From NCBI GenBank assembly GCA_900550495.1, contig URSJ01000001.1:4570-68569 (forward strand): a stretch of 64,000 bases of DNA, given 5' to 3'. The notes below the pieces were generated by a model that worked only from the letters and a program-made list of their open reading frames with translations, did no database searches and had not been told where the DNA came from. The position numbers and the translations under genes are program-made. This document shows positions 20,976 to 31,673 of this stretch, piece after piece. Within the stretch, counting starts at the first letter, position 1, and each line of letters begins with the position of its first letter. This DNA is from an uncultured Rickettsiales bacterium. GTDB taxonomy: Bacteria > Pseudomonadota > Alphaproteobacteria > Rs-D84.

Positions 20976-21967
20976 TGAAATGGAAGGAATCTGATTTTAA
21001 CAGTGGCATTGGCACAATTCGTGCCGTGTTGATATATGGCCCTGATGCAGGCCAGGTTGATGAATACTGTGACCGCGCAACTGAAAAACTGGAAATAGAC
21101 AAGGATAATTTGTTCGCGCTGGATGCAGATGAATTGCGCGAAAAACAGGACGCCCTGTTTGCCGAGAGTTGCAGCCCATCTATGTTTGGTGGTCGCAAAT
21201 TGGTAATAATTTCTGGGGCAACCGACAGTATGGCAAAATCAATTTCTGAATTGGTTCTGTGTCCCGGGTTGTGTGCAACGATTATTGTTTGTGCAGGTGA
21301 TTTGCGTGCGGGTGGCGGCCTGCGCAGTTTATTCGAGGGCACAGACAACATCGCAGCATTACCATGCTATACTGATGATGCGCGGGCTCTCGCAGCATTG
21401 ATACGGCGCGAATTATCCGCCGATGCTGGTATTCAACAGATTACCCCTGATGCCATGGCGTATATGACATCGCACATGGGGGGGGACCGTGGAATTACAC
21501 GCGGTTTTTTGGCAAAGATTGCATTATATGTTGATGACAAGAAAATTGTAGAACTGGACGATGTTGAAAAATGTTTGCCTGATACGGCGGCAGCCGATAT
21601 GGATGATTTTGTGTATTCGCTGACTGCTGGGTATATTGCCCAAACGATGCAGGCGCTGGACCGATTATTGTATGTCGGCACAGAGCCAAATATGCTGGTG
21701 CGCGTTTTGGATTCACATTTCAAGAAATTACAAACTGCTGTTGTTGATGGCCAGTTGCCCCGTCTGTTCTGGAAAGTGGCTGAAAAATTCAACCAGGCAA
21801 TCAAGATATGGTCAGAATCTGAAATTACTGCGGTTTTAATTCGACTGAACGAATTGGAAAAGCAATTAAGAACAACCGGTATGCCGGGCGAGGTTTTGTT
21901 GCGTGATTTTGCACTAAAATTATCAATGCGGGCATTCAAGTTGTCTATAAATAAGCGGAGGAGTTAA
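20975..21967 (+). CDS. holA: DNA polymerase III delta subunit
   Basis: N-terminal VLIYGPDAGQVDEY is typical of HolA. Length 330 aa. Confidence 0.55.
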   Translation: MKWKESDFNSGIGTIRAVLIYGPDAGQVDEYCDRATEKLEIDKDNLFALDADELREKQDALFAESCSPSMFGGRKLVIISGATDSMAKSISELVLCPGLCATIIVCAGDLRAGGGLRSLFEGTDNIAALPCYTDDARALAALIRRELSADAGIQQITPDAMAYMTSHMGGDRGITRGFLAKIALYVDDKKIVELDDVEKCLPDTAAADMDDFVYSLTAGYIAQTMQALDRLLYVGTEPNMLVRVLDSHFKKLQTAVVDGQLPRLFWKVAEKFNQAIKIWSESEITAVLIRLNELEKQLRTTGMPGEVLLRDFALKLSMRAFKLSINKRRS

Positions 21968-21972
21968 ATAAA

Positions 21973-22734
21973 ATGCTGGCGTCTGTATATGCCCCAAAGG
22001 ATTTTAAACGTTTGCGTGCGTCGGGCGATTTGGTCGCACGTTGTTTTGATTACATTACACCGTATATCCAGGCGGGAATTTCAACTGGTGAAATTGACCG
22101 TATGGTCGCGTCGTGGTTGCATGCAAATGGTGCACGTTCATCAGACCTGGGATACGAAGGATATCCAAAAAGCATATGCACATCGGTCAATGATGTTATT
22201 GTTCATGGCATACCTAGTGATGATTGCATATTAAAAGATGGCGATATTGTGAATATTGATCTAACGGCCGAGTACAAGGGTTTTCATGGCGATATGTCAC
22301 GTATGTTTATGATTGGTAACGTTGCGCCACGTGCGCGTGAATTGGTCCAGACATGTCAGGACGCACTGAATTCGGCAATTGCGGTTTGTGCGCCCGGTGT
22401 GCCATTATCAGAAATTGGCAAAACGATAGAGGCTGTTGTCAAACCACATGGATTTTCAATTTCGCGTGATTTCGTTGGTCACGGCATTGGCAAGGTTATG
22501 CACGATGAGCCACAAATATATCACTTTTATGACCCCATCTGGGACAAGGTAAAAATGGTTCCGGGGCTGGTGTTTACAATTGAGCCTATGATAAACACAG
22601 GTCGTGCCGAATGCAAAATTGATGCCGATGGCTGGACTGCACGCACGGTTGATGGTGGGCTGTCGGCCCAGTGGGAACACACCCTGGGAATTACCGAAGA
22701 TGGGGTTACTATATTCACAGAACGCATGATTTAA
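21973..22734 (+). CDS. map: methionine aminopeptidase type I
   Basis: Metal-binding ligands in the DGDIVNIDL...FVGHGIG...EPM context. Length 253 aa. Confidence 0.85.
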   Translation: MLASVYAPKDFKRLRASGDLVARCFDYITPYIQAGISTGEIDRMVASWLHANGARSSDLGYEGYPKSICTSVNDVIVHGIPSDDCILKDGDIVNIDLTAEYKGFHGDMSRMFMIGNVAPRARELVQTCQDALNSAIAVCAPGVPLSEIGKTIEAVVKPHGFSISRDFVGHGIGKVMHDEPQIYHFYDPIWDKVKMVPGLVFTIEPMINTGRAECKIDADGWTARTVDGGLSAQWEHTLGITEDGVTIFTERMI

Positions 22735-22741
22735 TAAAGAC

Positions 22742-23422
22742 ATGGCTGGGGCGGATACTTCTTTTCATATTGGACATCGCGAACGCCTGCGTCAAAAATT
22801 TTTGGACGGGCGATTAGCGGATTATGAATTACTGGAATTATTATTAGGTTATGCGATTCCGCGTCGTGATGTGCGGCCATTGGCACATACGTTGGTTGCA
22901 AAGTTTGGTGGCGTTGGGGCAGTGTTGACCGCGCCAATTGATAAATTGACCGAGGTTTCAGGTATGGGGCAAAACACTGCGGTATTTATCAAGTCAATAA
23001 ATCAACTGATGATAATCGGCTATCACGATGATATGAAAATTCAATCTATATTTCACGACCGTCGCACATTGGCGAATTATTGCAAGGCGCAATTGTCGGG
23101 CAAAACCATAGAAGAGGTGCATGCCCTGTATCTGGACGTGGATTATCGATTGTTGTCGGACGAGGTGCACACTCGTGGCACGCGCGATGAAGCATCAATA
23201 TATCCGCGCGAAATTTTAAAACGTGCGCTGGTCCTGAATGCGCGCAGTGTCGTCATGGTGCACAATCATCCAACCGCGGGACATTCTTTTTCCCAAGATG
23301 ATATTGAAATCACGACCCGTGTCCAAGAATTACTGAATACAGTCGGCGTTGAATTATATGACCATTTGGTCGTATCTGGGACGATTGTTTATTCGGCACG
23401 TGATTTGTTACTGTTGAAATAA
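22742..23422 (+). CDS. radC: RadC-family JAB-domain protein
   Basis: JAMM motif VVMVHNHPTAGHSFSQDD. Confidence 0.8.
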   Translation: MAGADTSFHIGHRERLRQKFLDGRLADYELLELLLGYAIPRRDVRPLAHTLVAKFGGVGAVLTAPIDKLTEVSGMGQNTAVFIKSINQLMIIGYHDDMKIQSIFHDRRTLANYCKAQLSGKTIEEVHALYLDVDYRLLSDEVHTRGTRDEASIYPREILKRALVLNARSVVMVHNHPTAGHSFSQDDIEITTRVQELLNTVGVELYDHLVVSGTIVYSARDLLLLK

Positions 23423-24037
23423 ATCAGAAACATCGCATACAGTGCGCAATTGCGTTGATGCGCCGGCATAAAATGCGTTTTTCTTGATTGTATAGTTTAT
23501 CTGACTGGCCATTGTAGGGGTTGACCAGGTTTCTTGCCATGGACGTGAAATTTTTTCAACGTGAAAATCGGGCTTGAAATAAAAACGCAATTTTTGCAGT
23601 GCGCAAGTCGCACCTTCGGTTGTGCGAAAACCGTCCGGGGTAATATCAATATACCCGTCTGGGGTGTTTAATTCAATACGGTATTCGTAATAGAAATGCG
23701 GTGTGCCATTTTCAATACGGGTGCGTGTGATACGGTCTGGGCGACCATCGTTGTTTATGTCGCGGTTAAACACGCTGGTTTCAGCAATGCCGGCACCAAA
23801 CTCATCTAGGGTGCCTTGGGTTACGCTGTTTGGTCGCCCTAAGCCGTCATTAAATTCGTCATAATCATTTGTGACGGACGTGGTATCGGACATAATTGGA
23901 GATATAACATCTGTGACGGTGGTGGTTTCTAGCGTATCACGACGCATTACCAGCATATATGTCAATATGCCAATTGCCACTAACAAAATTGTCATCGCAG
24001 CATAGAATGTAATGCCACCACGTTGTAATTTATTCAT
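23408..24037 (-). CDS. hypothetical membrane-anchored protein
   Basis: A single N-terminal TM segment is followed by a Thr/Asp-rich region. Confidence 0.35.
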   Translation of the reverse strand: MNKLQRGGITFYAAMTILLVAIGILTYMLVMRRDTLETTTVTDVISPIMSDTTSVTNDYDEFNDGLGRPNSVTQGTLDEFGAGIAETSVFNRDINNDGRPDRITRTRIENGTPHFYYEYRIELNTPDGYIDITPDGFRTTEGATCALQKLRFYFKPDFHVEKISRPWQETWSTPTMASQINYTIKKNAFYAGASTQLRTVCDVSDLFQQ

Positions 24038-24039
24038 GT

Positions 24040-25122
24040 CTACTCCCTTATAATTCGACCAGGTTGCCAGCCCTCTATTTCACGTATGGCGGTGGCAACA
24101 CGTGATATTTCGGTTTCACTCAGGTCACTCATTCTGCGGTTGATGGACATACCGGTCAGTTGTTCAATGCGTCTGTGATATCCCGCTGTATTGTTTTCAG
24201 ATGGTGGGGCATATCGACTGATTGCGCCTGCAATGGTCAGGTGATTATATGAATTGCTGCGCAACAATGACTCAATAGCGCGCATTCCTGTTTTTTCGTC
24301 TGGGAAAACCGCAAATCCGCCTGCGCGGCCAATTGCGCCAACGCGGCGTGCAAAGTCAGAATATCGGATATTGCCCGGGTTCAAGTTGCGCCATGCGCGT
24401 GTCCCGCCGGTGCGACGCGTGCGCGAACCATCGGCGTTTTCGTATATAACGTCGCGTGAATTCTGGGGGGCACTGGCGCGGACAGGCAAGGACGCCGATG
24501 AATTGGCGGAACTTGTGGCGGACTGTGGCGTCGGCGTGAGAACACTGGCTGTGCCACTGCTGCTGCCGCTGGCATTAGATAGTCGCGGGTTGATTGTGAC
24601 ATTTGTGTCTTCGGACACGGTGACGATGACTTCTTTGGCATCGCCTGATGATGGCAGTGGGGCATCGGCATACGGTGTTTCTGCCTGGATTGCCCCAGTA
24701 TCAGAAATCTGGATATTTTCGTATAAATCGGTTTGGTCTGATTGTAATGTTGCCTTGCGTGCGTCTAACAGGCGGTTTAATTCGGCCGTGCTGACTGTGA
24801 TAGTGCGACAACCGCGCACAAATAAATCATCACCATAAATCAGATTGATTATTGGGCCTGCCGCCGATAATACACCAAAAATCAGTATTAAATTACGCAG
24901 TTTAGTGAATATATCGTGTTTTGAACCACGAATCATGGATATTGCCCAACCAAACAACAGCAATGCCGTCAAGATGAAAATAATTGTCCATGCGTATTCA
25001 ACAAATGTCTGGAAACTGCGCAGAATGCACGATGGGTCTTCCAGATAAACGTTTGCACCATCGGTTCCCAAAACGTTAAATCCAGAATTTTTCAACAGTC
25101 TAAAAATTGTTTCAATTTCCAT
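24040..25122 (-). CDS. hypothetical membrane protein with Ser/Thr-rich linker
   Basis: Two predicted TM segments, a low-complexity S/T/A tract, and a C-terminal domain containing WRNLNPGNIRY. Confidence 0.35.
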   Translation of the reverse strand: MEIETIFRLLKNSGFNVLGTDGANVYLEDPSCILRSFQTFVEYAWTIIFILTALLLFGWAISMIRGSKHDIFTKLRNLILIFGVLSAAGPIINLIYGDDLFVRGCRTITVSTAELNRLLDARKATLQSDQTDLYENIQISDTGAIQAETPYADAPLPSSGDAKEVIVTVSEDTNVTINPRLSNASGSSSGTASVLTPTPQSATSSANSSASLPVRASAPQNSRDVIYENADGSRTRRTGGTRAWRNLNPGNIRYSDFARRVGAIGRAGGFAVFPDEKTGMRAIESLLRSNSYNHLTIAGAISRYAPPSENNTAGYHRRIEQLTGMSINRRMSDLSETEISRVATAIREIEGWQPGRIIRE

Positions 25123-25136
25123 ACGTACATATCATT

Positions 25137-26219
25137 TTATTTTTTTGACGCAACGCCGGTAAAGAATCCTGGCATTGAAAAATCGTCATCGTTTGCGGCA
25201 ATGCCCGCCCAGCCAAACAAATCACCCATCAATCCCGGGTCATCGCGGCGGGTCTTTTTAAATGGCAAAATGTTTTTCAGTTTGCCGATTTTTCCACGAC
25301 CTTCATTCTTTGGCGATGTGTGTATTTTATCCTGATTTTCAGCAAATTCTGTTGCTAATTGTTCCAACGTCGCGTCCGTATTACCATCAGTAATCGCTGG
25401 GGAAATATCATCGGGCATTACGATTTCATCATCAGGTTCAACAGGTGTGGAATCGGTGGCAATTTCGTTATGATCCTCGCACAGGGGTGTCATGCTTTCT
25501 AATAATTGTTCCAGTGTTTTTTCAATTGGTGCGTCTGGCGCGTCATCGGTAATCATGTCGGTGATTGTTTCATCGGTCACATCAGCAATCGGTGTGTCAT
25601 TCAACGCATGTGCGTCATCTGTGACGGCAATCGTTTCGGAAACTATGTTCGTAACGGGGGCGTCATCTAATGTAGTGGTGACTGCTGTATCTGGGATTGG
25701 GGCGTCCGCGACCGATGCCTTGTCGTCCGATTTGGATTTCAGAACGGACAATATTGATGCAACCGGTACAACGGTGGCGTCCTGGGCCCCGTCCAGGGTA
25801 TCCACTGTGGCGATTGTTGTCTTGTCGTCAGTATTTGCATCTGGGGAAATTTTTGCTGTTTTGGTTGGGCGACCGCGTGATTTTTTCTTTGGCGCGGTTG
25901 CGATGTCTGGAATTTCGTCCGTAGTTACGGGCGCAATGGCCGGCGTATCGGAATTTACTGGGGCCGGTGTCGGAACTGGTGCGTCTTTTACAATTGCGGT
26001 CGTGACAGCAACGGTATCTTCGACCGCCACTGGTGCGTGGGCCAAAGCGTCATCATTATCCACAGGAACACCAAACAATACTGTGTCCGTCCCCAGTTCC
26101 AGTGCGGCTCGCACCTCGTCAAAAGCGGCGCGGATATCCGCCATTTCAAAAACTTCACTGCCCGAGATATAGATAATTTTTGTTTTCATACGCATGCCCC
26201 ATGAATTTAACAGGGACAT
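25137..26219 (-). CDS. acidic D/T/A-rich protein with AT-hook
   Basis: The tract KKKSRGRPTK is AT-hook-like. The protein is otherwise extremely acidic and low-complexity. Confidence 0.4.
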   Translation of the reverse strand: MSLLNSWGMRMKTKIIYISGSEVFEMADIRAAFDEVRAALELGTDTVLFGVPVDNDDALAHAPVAVEDTVAVTTAIVKDAPVPTPAPVNSDTPAIAPVTTDEIPDIATAPKKKSRGRPTKTAKISPDANTDDKTTIATVDTLDGAQDATVVPVASILSVLKSKSDDKASVADAPIPDTAVTTTLDDAPVTNIVSETIAVTDDAHALNDTPIADVTDETITDMITDDAPDAPIEKTLEQLLESMTPLCEDHNEIATDSTPVEPDDEIVMPDDISPAITDGNTDATLEQLATEFAENQDKIHTSPKNEGRGKIGKLKNILPFKKTRRDDPGLMGDLFGWAGIAANDDDFSMPGFFTGVASKK

Positions 26220-26271
26220 TATATCACATTTTGGTGTTGAACGTATATAAAAAATATCTTAAACTGGGGTT

Positions 26272-26481
26272 ATGGCAGATATAAAACAGCAGATTTTTTC
26301 AGAATTAAACGCGTTGGAAGAGGCCGCAGCCCGCCTGCGCGGAACCGCGGTTGCGGCAGGTAAACAAACAGATTTAGAAGTGGCGATTTTAACCGAACAG
26401 GTGCGCACTCTGCGCGATAAAAACGTCCGCGCAACTGAATTGATTGATAAATCCATTTCAATATTAAAGAAGTTAAAATGA
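26272..26481 (+). CDS. small coiled-coil protein (ZapA-associated, DUF4164-like)
   Basis: A 69 aa coiled coil whose end overlaps the zapA start by 4 nt. This is the conserved alphaproteobacterial arrangement. Confidence 0.45.
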   Translation: MADIKQQIFSELNALEEAAARLRGTAVAAGKQTDLEVAILTEQVRTLRDKNVRATELIDKSISILKKLK

Positions 26482-26756
26482 GTGTTGTTTCCATACCAAT
26501 TGTAAATAAGAACTATCCGATGGGATGTGAAGATGGGCAAGAGGCACGCCTGGTTGAGCTGGGCAAAATGGTTGACGCCCGTGCTCGCGAAATTTTGGAT
26601 AAAATTGGGCCGTTGCCCGAAAGTGCATTGCTGGCAACACTGTGTATTGTCCTGGCGGACGAGGTGCATAATCGCCCCGTGCCCGTTGCAACAGATGCGG
26701 ACTTGCGCGAAATTTTAGCCCGGATTCGTGAAATAAAACATAAAATTGCACAGTGA
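26478..26756 (+). CDS. zapA: cell division protein ZapA
   Basis: A 92 aa ZapA-like protein beginning SIPIVNKNYPMGCEDGQEARL, with a helical C-terminus. Confidence 0.55.
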   Translation: MSVVSIPIVNKNYPMGCEDGQEARLVELGKMVDARAREILDKIGPLPESALLATLCIVLADEVHNRPVPVATDADLREILARIREIKHKIAQ

Positions 26757-26765
26757 TAAAAATAA

Positions 26766-26790
26766 AAAACGCGCCATTGGCGCATTTTTT
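26766..26790 (+). terminator. rho-independent terminator
   Basis: The gcgcc/ggcgc hairpin is flanked by an A-run and a T-run. Confidence 0.45.
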
Positions 26791-27952
26791 ATATCGTCCG
26801 CTGGGACTTTTGCAGGATAGTTATCGTGTTATCCTGGGGGACTTTGTTCATGGCCAGTATGCCACGGACGTGGTTAGGCTGCTGGACAGGCATTGCCTGG
26901 TGAAAATAGCGTTCGCGTGCCAATTTTAACAATTCTTCACGTGATGCGCCCGCCAAGCGGCCACGTGTGTCTGGCTTTGGTGCAACATATTGCAACAAAT
27001 CTGAATCACTCAGATTTTCAATCTTGCGCCATTCTTGGGAATACAAAACGCGTGCAATTTTGCGTGTGTCAGATGCGAAAATGTTGCGAGTTCCCCATGT
27101 TTCAACCAAATCACCCATGCGTTCGCGGTTGTGACCAACATACATATGACGACCGTTTTTATCCGCAACAAAGTTACCTTTGACAATGCGACCACGCCCC
27201 AAATACATAATCAAATGTCCGCCATTACGAACCAGCATCATTGAGCCTGGTGATAATTCATCGGCCGAAAAATTGTTACGTGCAAATGCTTTTTCTGCCT
27301 TGATGCGAACCGAAGCATTTGTTTTTGATGTAATTTTTTGTGATGCCAGGTAACGGTTCAACGCTGCGTCGTATGCTGCGTCGTTTTCATACATGCGGCC
27401 CTGGCGAATGACACCCGCAAATTCCGGCCCCGAATATTTTTTCTTCATCAGTGCCTTGAATGTTGTGCATGCGCGACTGGCATCGTGTGGAACAATGGTC
27501 AGTGTATCGCCCATTTCCTGTAATGCGCGGGCCAACTGTGTATATTGACCAAATACACAGTGGTTGCCGACAGGTGCACCTGGCAATTCGCGCAACACTG
27601 CCGCACGATAGCCACGTTTGCCCAACATTGGTGCTAAACGCTGTTGTGCATCCAGCATATTGTTCATATACGCGTCAACCAGTTCATCTGCCTTGTTGTC
27701 CAGATATTTATTGTCCATAAACTGCATGTAATATTTCATGTCCAATGCAGGAATAGTCCGGGTAAATTTGCTATTGTTTATAGCAATTTGATTTTTCAAT
27801 TCTGTTGGAATTTCCAAGCGTGGTCGCACAAAGTCGCGCTTGTGTTGAATCATATTGCCACGTACCCGCGAGGACGATGGAATTGAAATTGCATACATTG
27901 CCAGAAAATATGGAATAATAATTTTCATTTTCATTTTTTTACCTCTTTGCAA
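26789..27952 (-). CDS. hypothetical secreted protein (possible Cys/His peptidase-like)
   Basis: Signal-like N-terminus KIIIPYFLAMYAISIPSS, plus conserved Cys (GNHCVFGQY) and His (GGHLIMYLG). Confidence 0.35.
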   Translation of the reverse strand: MQRGKKMKMKIIIPYFLAMYAISIPSSSRVRGNMIQHKRDFVRPRLEIPTELKNQIAINNSKFTRTIPALDMKYYMQFMDNKYLDNKADELVDAYMNNMLDAQQRLAPMLGKRGYRAAVLRELPGAPVGNHCVFGQYTQLARALQEMGDTLTIVPHDASRACTTFKALMKKKYSGPEFAGVIRQGRMYENDAAYDAALNRYLASQKITSKTNASVRIKAEKAFARNNFSADELSPGSMMLVRNGGHLIMYLGRGRIVKGNFVADKNGRHMYVGHNRERMGDLVETWGTRNIFASDTRKIARVLYSQEWRKIENLSDSDLLQYVAPKPDTRGRLAGASREELLKLARERYFHQAMPVQQPNHVRGILAMNKVPQDNTITILQKSQRTI

Positions 27953-28285
27953 TCAAACAGACACTAACGGCCGTGATATGTCGTTGTGTGTCAATATTGT
28001 TACGTTTTTTTTGATTGGTTCACCGCGATAAAAAATCAGTCCGCGATGTACATTCAGACAATTTGGCGTAACCAAATCGCCCCGACTTGCCATTTTTGTG
28101 TTACCGGCAGCCCGCCCAAAAAGGGAACCAAAGTTTGTATATACATATAATAATTATGTGCGAAATAAATTTCAAGTAAAAAATTAAAAAAATGTTAAAA
28201 TTTTTAATGAATTTTTTCCGCCGTCTGAAAATAACGGATTTTTTCTGTTGTTATTTTTTTTCAAATGTTCTAAATTTTCGGGGAA

Positions 28286-30517
28286 ATGAGCAAGGAAATT
28301 ATTGAAAATATTGAATCACAACAGCTGTCTGATGCATTGTCACAGCGGTATTTGTCGTATGCAGTCAGCACGATTGTATCGCGTGCGCTGCCAGATGTTC
28401 GTGATGGACTGAAACCGGTACATCGCCGTATTTTATATTCTATGTTGCGTCAGAAATTATCGCCTGCGGCGGCATTCCGCAAGTGTGCAACGGTGGTGGG
28501 CGATGTTTTGGGGCATTATCACCCCCACGGGGACAGTTCTGTTTATGACGCAATGGTGCGCTTGGCCCAGGATTTTTCGGTTCGGTACCCGCTGATTGAT
28601 GGCCAGGGGAATTTTGGTAATATTGACGGTGACCCCCAGGCAGCGTATCGTTACACTGAATCCAAGATGACTGATGCGGCAATGTTGATTATGGACGGCA
28701 TTGACGAAAACAGTGTTGATATGATGCCGAATTTTGACGGCACAACGACCGAGCCCGTGGTTATGCCGGGGGCATTTCCGAATTTGCTGGCCAATGGAGG
28801 TATGGGTATCGCGGTTGGTATGGCGACGAATATCCCGACCCACAATGTGGCCGAGGTTTGTGATGCCTTGAACCTGGTGGTGGACAAGCCTGACGCGACA
28901 ACGGCCCAGATTATGAAAAAAATGGTTGGGCCGGATTTTCCGACAGGTGGCATTTTAATTGACAGTTTTGATACAATTGTTAAAAACTATGAAACAGGTC
29001 GCGGCGCATTTCGTATTCGTGCGCGTTGGGAAATTGAAAAACTGGACCGTGGGGCCGAGCAGGTGGTTATCACTGAAATCCCGTATGGTCTGCTGAAATC
29101 CAAACTGGTTGAACAAATCGCCGGCCTGATTGATGCACGCAAATTACCACTGGTTGACGATATTGTTGATGAATCAACAACCGATGTTCGTATTGTCATT
29201 ACACCAAAAAGTCGTAATGTCCCATTAGACAAGATGATGGCGCACTTGTTCGCGATGACCGATTTAGAATATCGGTTTAATATGAACTTCAACGTCATTG
29301 ATTCAAATGGTGCACCGCGTGTGATGGGTATTGGGGACGTGTTGCGTGAATTCATTGCGCATCAGAAAAATGTCCTGGTTCGTCGGACGAATTGGCGTTT
29401 AGGGAACATTGAACGTCGTCTAGAAATCTTGGGCGGATTGCTGATTGTGTATCTGAATCTGGACCGTGTCATTGAAATTATTAGAACTGAAGATGATGCT
29501 AAATCTGTTTTGATATCCGAATTCCAGTTGACCGAGGTTCAGGTAGAGGCGATTTTGAACACCCGCTTGCGCAGTTTGCGTAAACTGGAAGAAATGGAAA
29601 TCCGTCGCGAAGATGCGGCGTTGTTGGCGGAACAGAAACAGTTGCAGGAATTGCTGGCGTCTGACCAGATGCAGCGTGACCAGTTAAAGGCCTGGTTTGT
29701 TGACATTAAAAAACGCTATGACAAAAAGACCGCGCTGGGGCGTCGTCGCACAACGTGGGCGGAACAAACCGAAGAACTTGTTGTAAATACTGACGAATTT
29801 ATTGAAAAAGAACCGTTGACTATAATCTTGTCTGCGATGGGCTGGATTCGTGCAGCCAAGGGCACACTGGATTTGAACGGTCTGGACCTGAAATTCAAAG
29901 AAGGTGATGAACTGCAATTCGCGTTTCATGCGATGTCCACGGATAAAATCAACTTGTTCACGTCTGGGGGCAAAATGTTCACACTGGCTGCGAATGAGCT
30001 GCCGTCTGCCCGTGGTTTTGGGGAATCAGTGCGTTTAATGGCAGATATTGGGGCGGATGAAAACATCGTTCGTGCGTTCGTGCTGAATATCGCGGCGAAA
30101 TACCTGGTGGTGGGGCGTCATGGCACAGGATTTATTGTGTCGGGTGAAAATTGTTTGGCCCAAACGAAAAACGGTAAACAGGTTATGAATACTGATACGG
30201 CCAATCCTGCTATCATGTGTGTTCCGGTCACAGGTGATACGATTGCTATGTCTGGGTCTAATGACAAACTGTTGATATTCGGGACTAATGAAATCCCAGA
30301 AATGACTCGGGGCAAGGGTGTAATTTTACAGAAATACAACGCCGACCGAACGTATGTACTGGACGTTATGTTCTTTAATGCGGCGGACGGGTTTGGCTGG
30401 ACAACAGGGCGCGGGACAACAAAGCTGGACGATTGGACTCCATGGACAGGGCGTCGTGCGTCCCAGGGACGCACCGTGCCGTTGGGATTCCCACGAACCG
30501 GTAAATTTACAAAGTAA
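28286..30517 (+). CDS. parC: DNA topoisomerase IV subunit A
   Basis: Type IIA topoisomerase A-subunit catalytic region [22 protein letters not shown]...AYRYTE carries the active-site Tyr. At 743 aa with no GyrA-box-like C-terminal extension, it is called ParC rather than GyrA. Confidence 0.75.
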   Translation: MSKEIIENIESQQLSDALSQRYLSYAVSTIVSRALPDVRDGLKPVHRRILYSMLRQKLSPAAAFRKCATVVGDVLGHYHPHGDSSVYDAMVRLAQDFSVRYPLIDGQGNFGNIDGDPQAAYRYTESKMTDAAMLIMDGIDENSVDMMPNFDGTTTEPVVMPGAFPNLLANGGMGIAVGMATNIPTHNVAEVCDALNLVVDKPDATTAQIMKKMVGPDFPTGGILIDSFDTIVKNYETGRGAFRIRARWEIEKLDRGAEQVVITEIPYGLLKSKLVEQIAGLIDARKLPLVDDIVDESTTDVRIVITPKSRNVPLDKMMAHLFAMTDLEYRFNMNFNVIDSNGAPRVMGIGDVLREFIAHQKNVLVRRTNWRLGNIERRLEILGGLLIVYLNLDRVIEIIRTEDDAKSVLISEFQLTEVQVEAILNTRLRSLRKLEEMEIRREDAALLAEQKQLQELLASDQMQRDQLKAWFVDIKKRYDKKTALGRRRTTWAEQTEELVVNTDEFIEKEPLTIILSAMGWIRAAKGTLDLNGLDLKFKEGDELQFAFHAMSTDKINLFTSGGKMFTLAANELPSARGFGESVRLMADIGADENIVRAFVLNIAAKYLVVGRHGTGFIVSGENCLAQTKNGKQVMNTDTANPAIMCVPVTGDTIAMSGSNDKLLIFGTNEIPEMTRGKGVILQKYNADRTYVLDVMFFNAADGFGWTTGRGTTKLDDWTPWTGRRASQGRTVPLGFPRTGKFTK

Positions 30518-30540
30518 AAATGCCCTACGGGGCATTTCTT

Positions 30541-30897
30541 ACAGAGCGCAGAGTGTAGAGAGCAATGGATGTGTCCGCCGATGGCGGACACTCTTCATTG
30601 TCATTCCTGCGCAGGCAGGAATAGGGACTATGCAGTGCGAGTGAATGCGAGCCAAACACAGAATGTTGCGGTGTTATTTGATAAAGGTTATCAGGCCATT
30701 TTTGCTGAATATTGTGCAACAGTGAACAGAAGTAATTTCAAAGTCCCTATTCCTGCCTGCGCAGGAATGACACCGCAGGTGCGGTGAAACCAATCCAAGC
30801 GGAGCACAGGATACGGCAAGGACGTAGTCCGCAGGCGACACATGAATAGTTTTCTATTCTTAAACTATAACACTATATCACTTTATCACTCACTCAC
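30541..30897 (+). mobile_element. MITE-like palindromic repeat element, copy 1
   Basis: Internal hairpins tgtccgccgatggcggaca and ttcctgcgcaggcaggaa, and a subterminal inverted repeat tcattcctgcgcaggcaggaataggg / ccctattcctgcctgcgcaggaatgac. It is near-identical, in the opposite orientation, to the element at 43527-43820. Confidence 0.5.
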
Positions 30898-30911
30898 TTT
30901 AATTGCTCGCT

Positions 30912-30940
30912 AAAAAAATCACCCCAAGTGGGGTGATTTA
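30912..30940 (-). terminator. rho-independent terminator of rpmG
   Basis: Hairpin atcaccccaagtggggtgat with a T-run on the minus strand. Confidence 0.55.
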
Positions 30941-30941
30941 A

Positions 30942-31121
30942 TTAGTGGGGCATTTTGCCTTCGGTCATGACCACGTGCTTGCGCAACTTTGGGTCATATT
31001 TACGGAATTTCATTTTGCCAGCCGTATTTTCGGACTTGGTATTTTTGGTCGTTGTATAGAAGTAACCGGTTTCCTTGTTTTCCAGTTTTACAACTTCTTT
31101 GCTGCCTTTTTTAGATGCCAT
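30942..31121 (-). CDS. rpmG: 50S ribosomal protein L33
   Basis: Translation is MASKKGSKEVVKLENKETGYFYTTTKNTKSENTAGKMKFRKYDPKLRKHVVMTEGKMPH. It is under 60 aa, so it is absent from the ORF table. Confidence 0.75.
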   Translation of the reverse strand: MASKKGSKEVVKLENKETGYFYTTTKNTKSENTAGKMKFRKYDPKLRKHVVMTEGKMPH

Positions 31122-31194
31122 GTTTATTACCTTTTTATTATTCTGATGCCGATTTTATGTCAAAAATTACCAGAAAGCAAGTCTTTTTTATTTT

Positions 31195-31268
31195 TGGTGC
31201 GGGCGAAGAGATTTGAACTCTTACGGGTTGCCCAGACAGGCCCCTAAATCCAGCGCGTCTACCAGTTT
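31195..31268 (-). pseudogene. tRNA-Leu 3' two-thirds fragment (tandem partial duplicate, no acceptor 5' strand)
   Basis: Shares about 70 nt with the tRNA-Leu at 31333-31417 (D-loop TGGTAGAC through CCA, a few substitutions). The 5' part is replaced by an unrelated hairpin ggttgcg/cgcaacc at 31269-31289. Confidence 0.4.
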
Positions 31269-31332
31269 GGTTGCGGCTGTCGCGCAACCGCACGACACGT
31301 TGCGTCGTAGTCGCCACAGGCATATTTATTTT

Positions 31333-31417
31333 TGGTGCGGGCGAAGAGATTTGAACTCTTACGGGTTGCCCCACAGGAACCTAAATCCAGCGCGTCTACC
31401 AATTTCGCCACGCCCGC
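31333..31417 (-). tRNA. tRNA-Leu (anticodon UAG)
   Basis: Acceptor GCGGGCG/CGCCCGC, T-arm AAGAG-TTCAAAT-CTCTT, long variable arm, anticodon loop TTTAGGT, encoded CCA. Length 85 nt. Confidence 0.7.
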
Positions 31418-31673
31418 ATTTTTTTGATTTTTAATATACTGGATAATTGCGTGGGTATGACGAGTCAGTTTTTTCCAAATCTGATTTCACGCCACACGCG
31501 GCGACCGCCATTGTTGCGACCAGCAAAAATCCAATAAATACTTTTTTCATGCCCGCATTATACCCAGCGCACAACAAATAGTCAAATATTTGTCATGGTG
31601 CGGTATTCTGTCCTGTGTTATGCGTGTAGTATATGCCGTAGAATAATCTCACATACAGCAAAGGAGAAATACT

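Noticed and set aside
25492-26172. A 226 aa plus-strand ORF antisense to the acidic AT-hook protein gene.
   Set aside because: It is a low-complexity S/V/T/A translation of the complementary strand with no RBS. The minus-strand ORF is longer and better supported.
30569-30787. ORFs of 66-98 aa inside both MITE copies (also 43586-43786 and 43636-43932), all beginning MCPPMADTLHCHSCAGRNRDYAV.
   Set aside because: They lie entirely within the palindromic repeat, have no RBS, and the same frame is kept only because the repeat is copied. They are non-coding.
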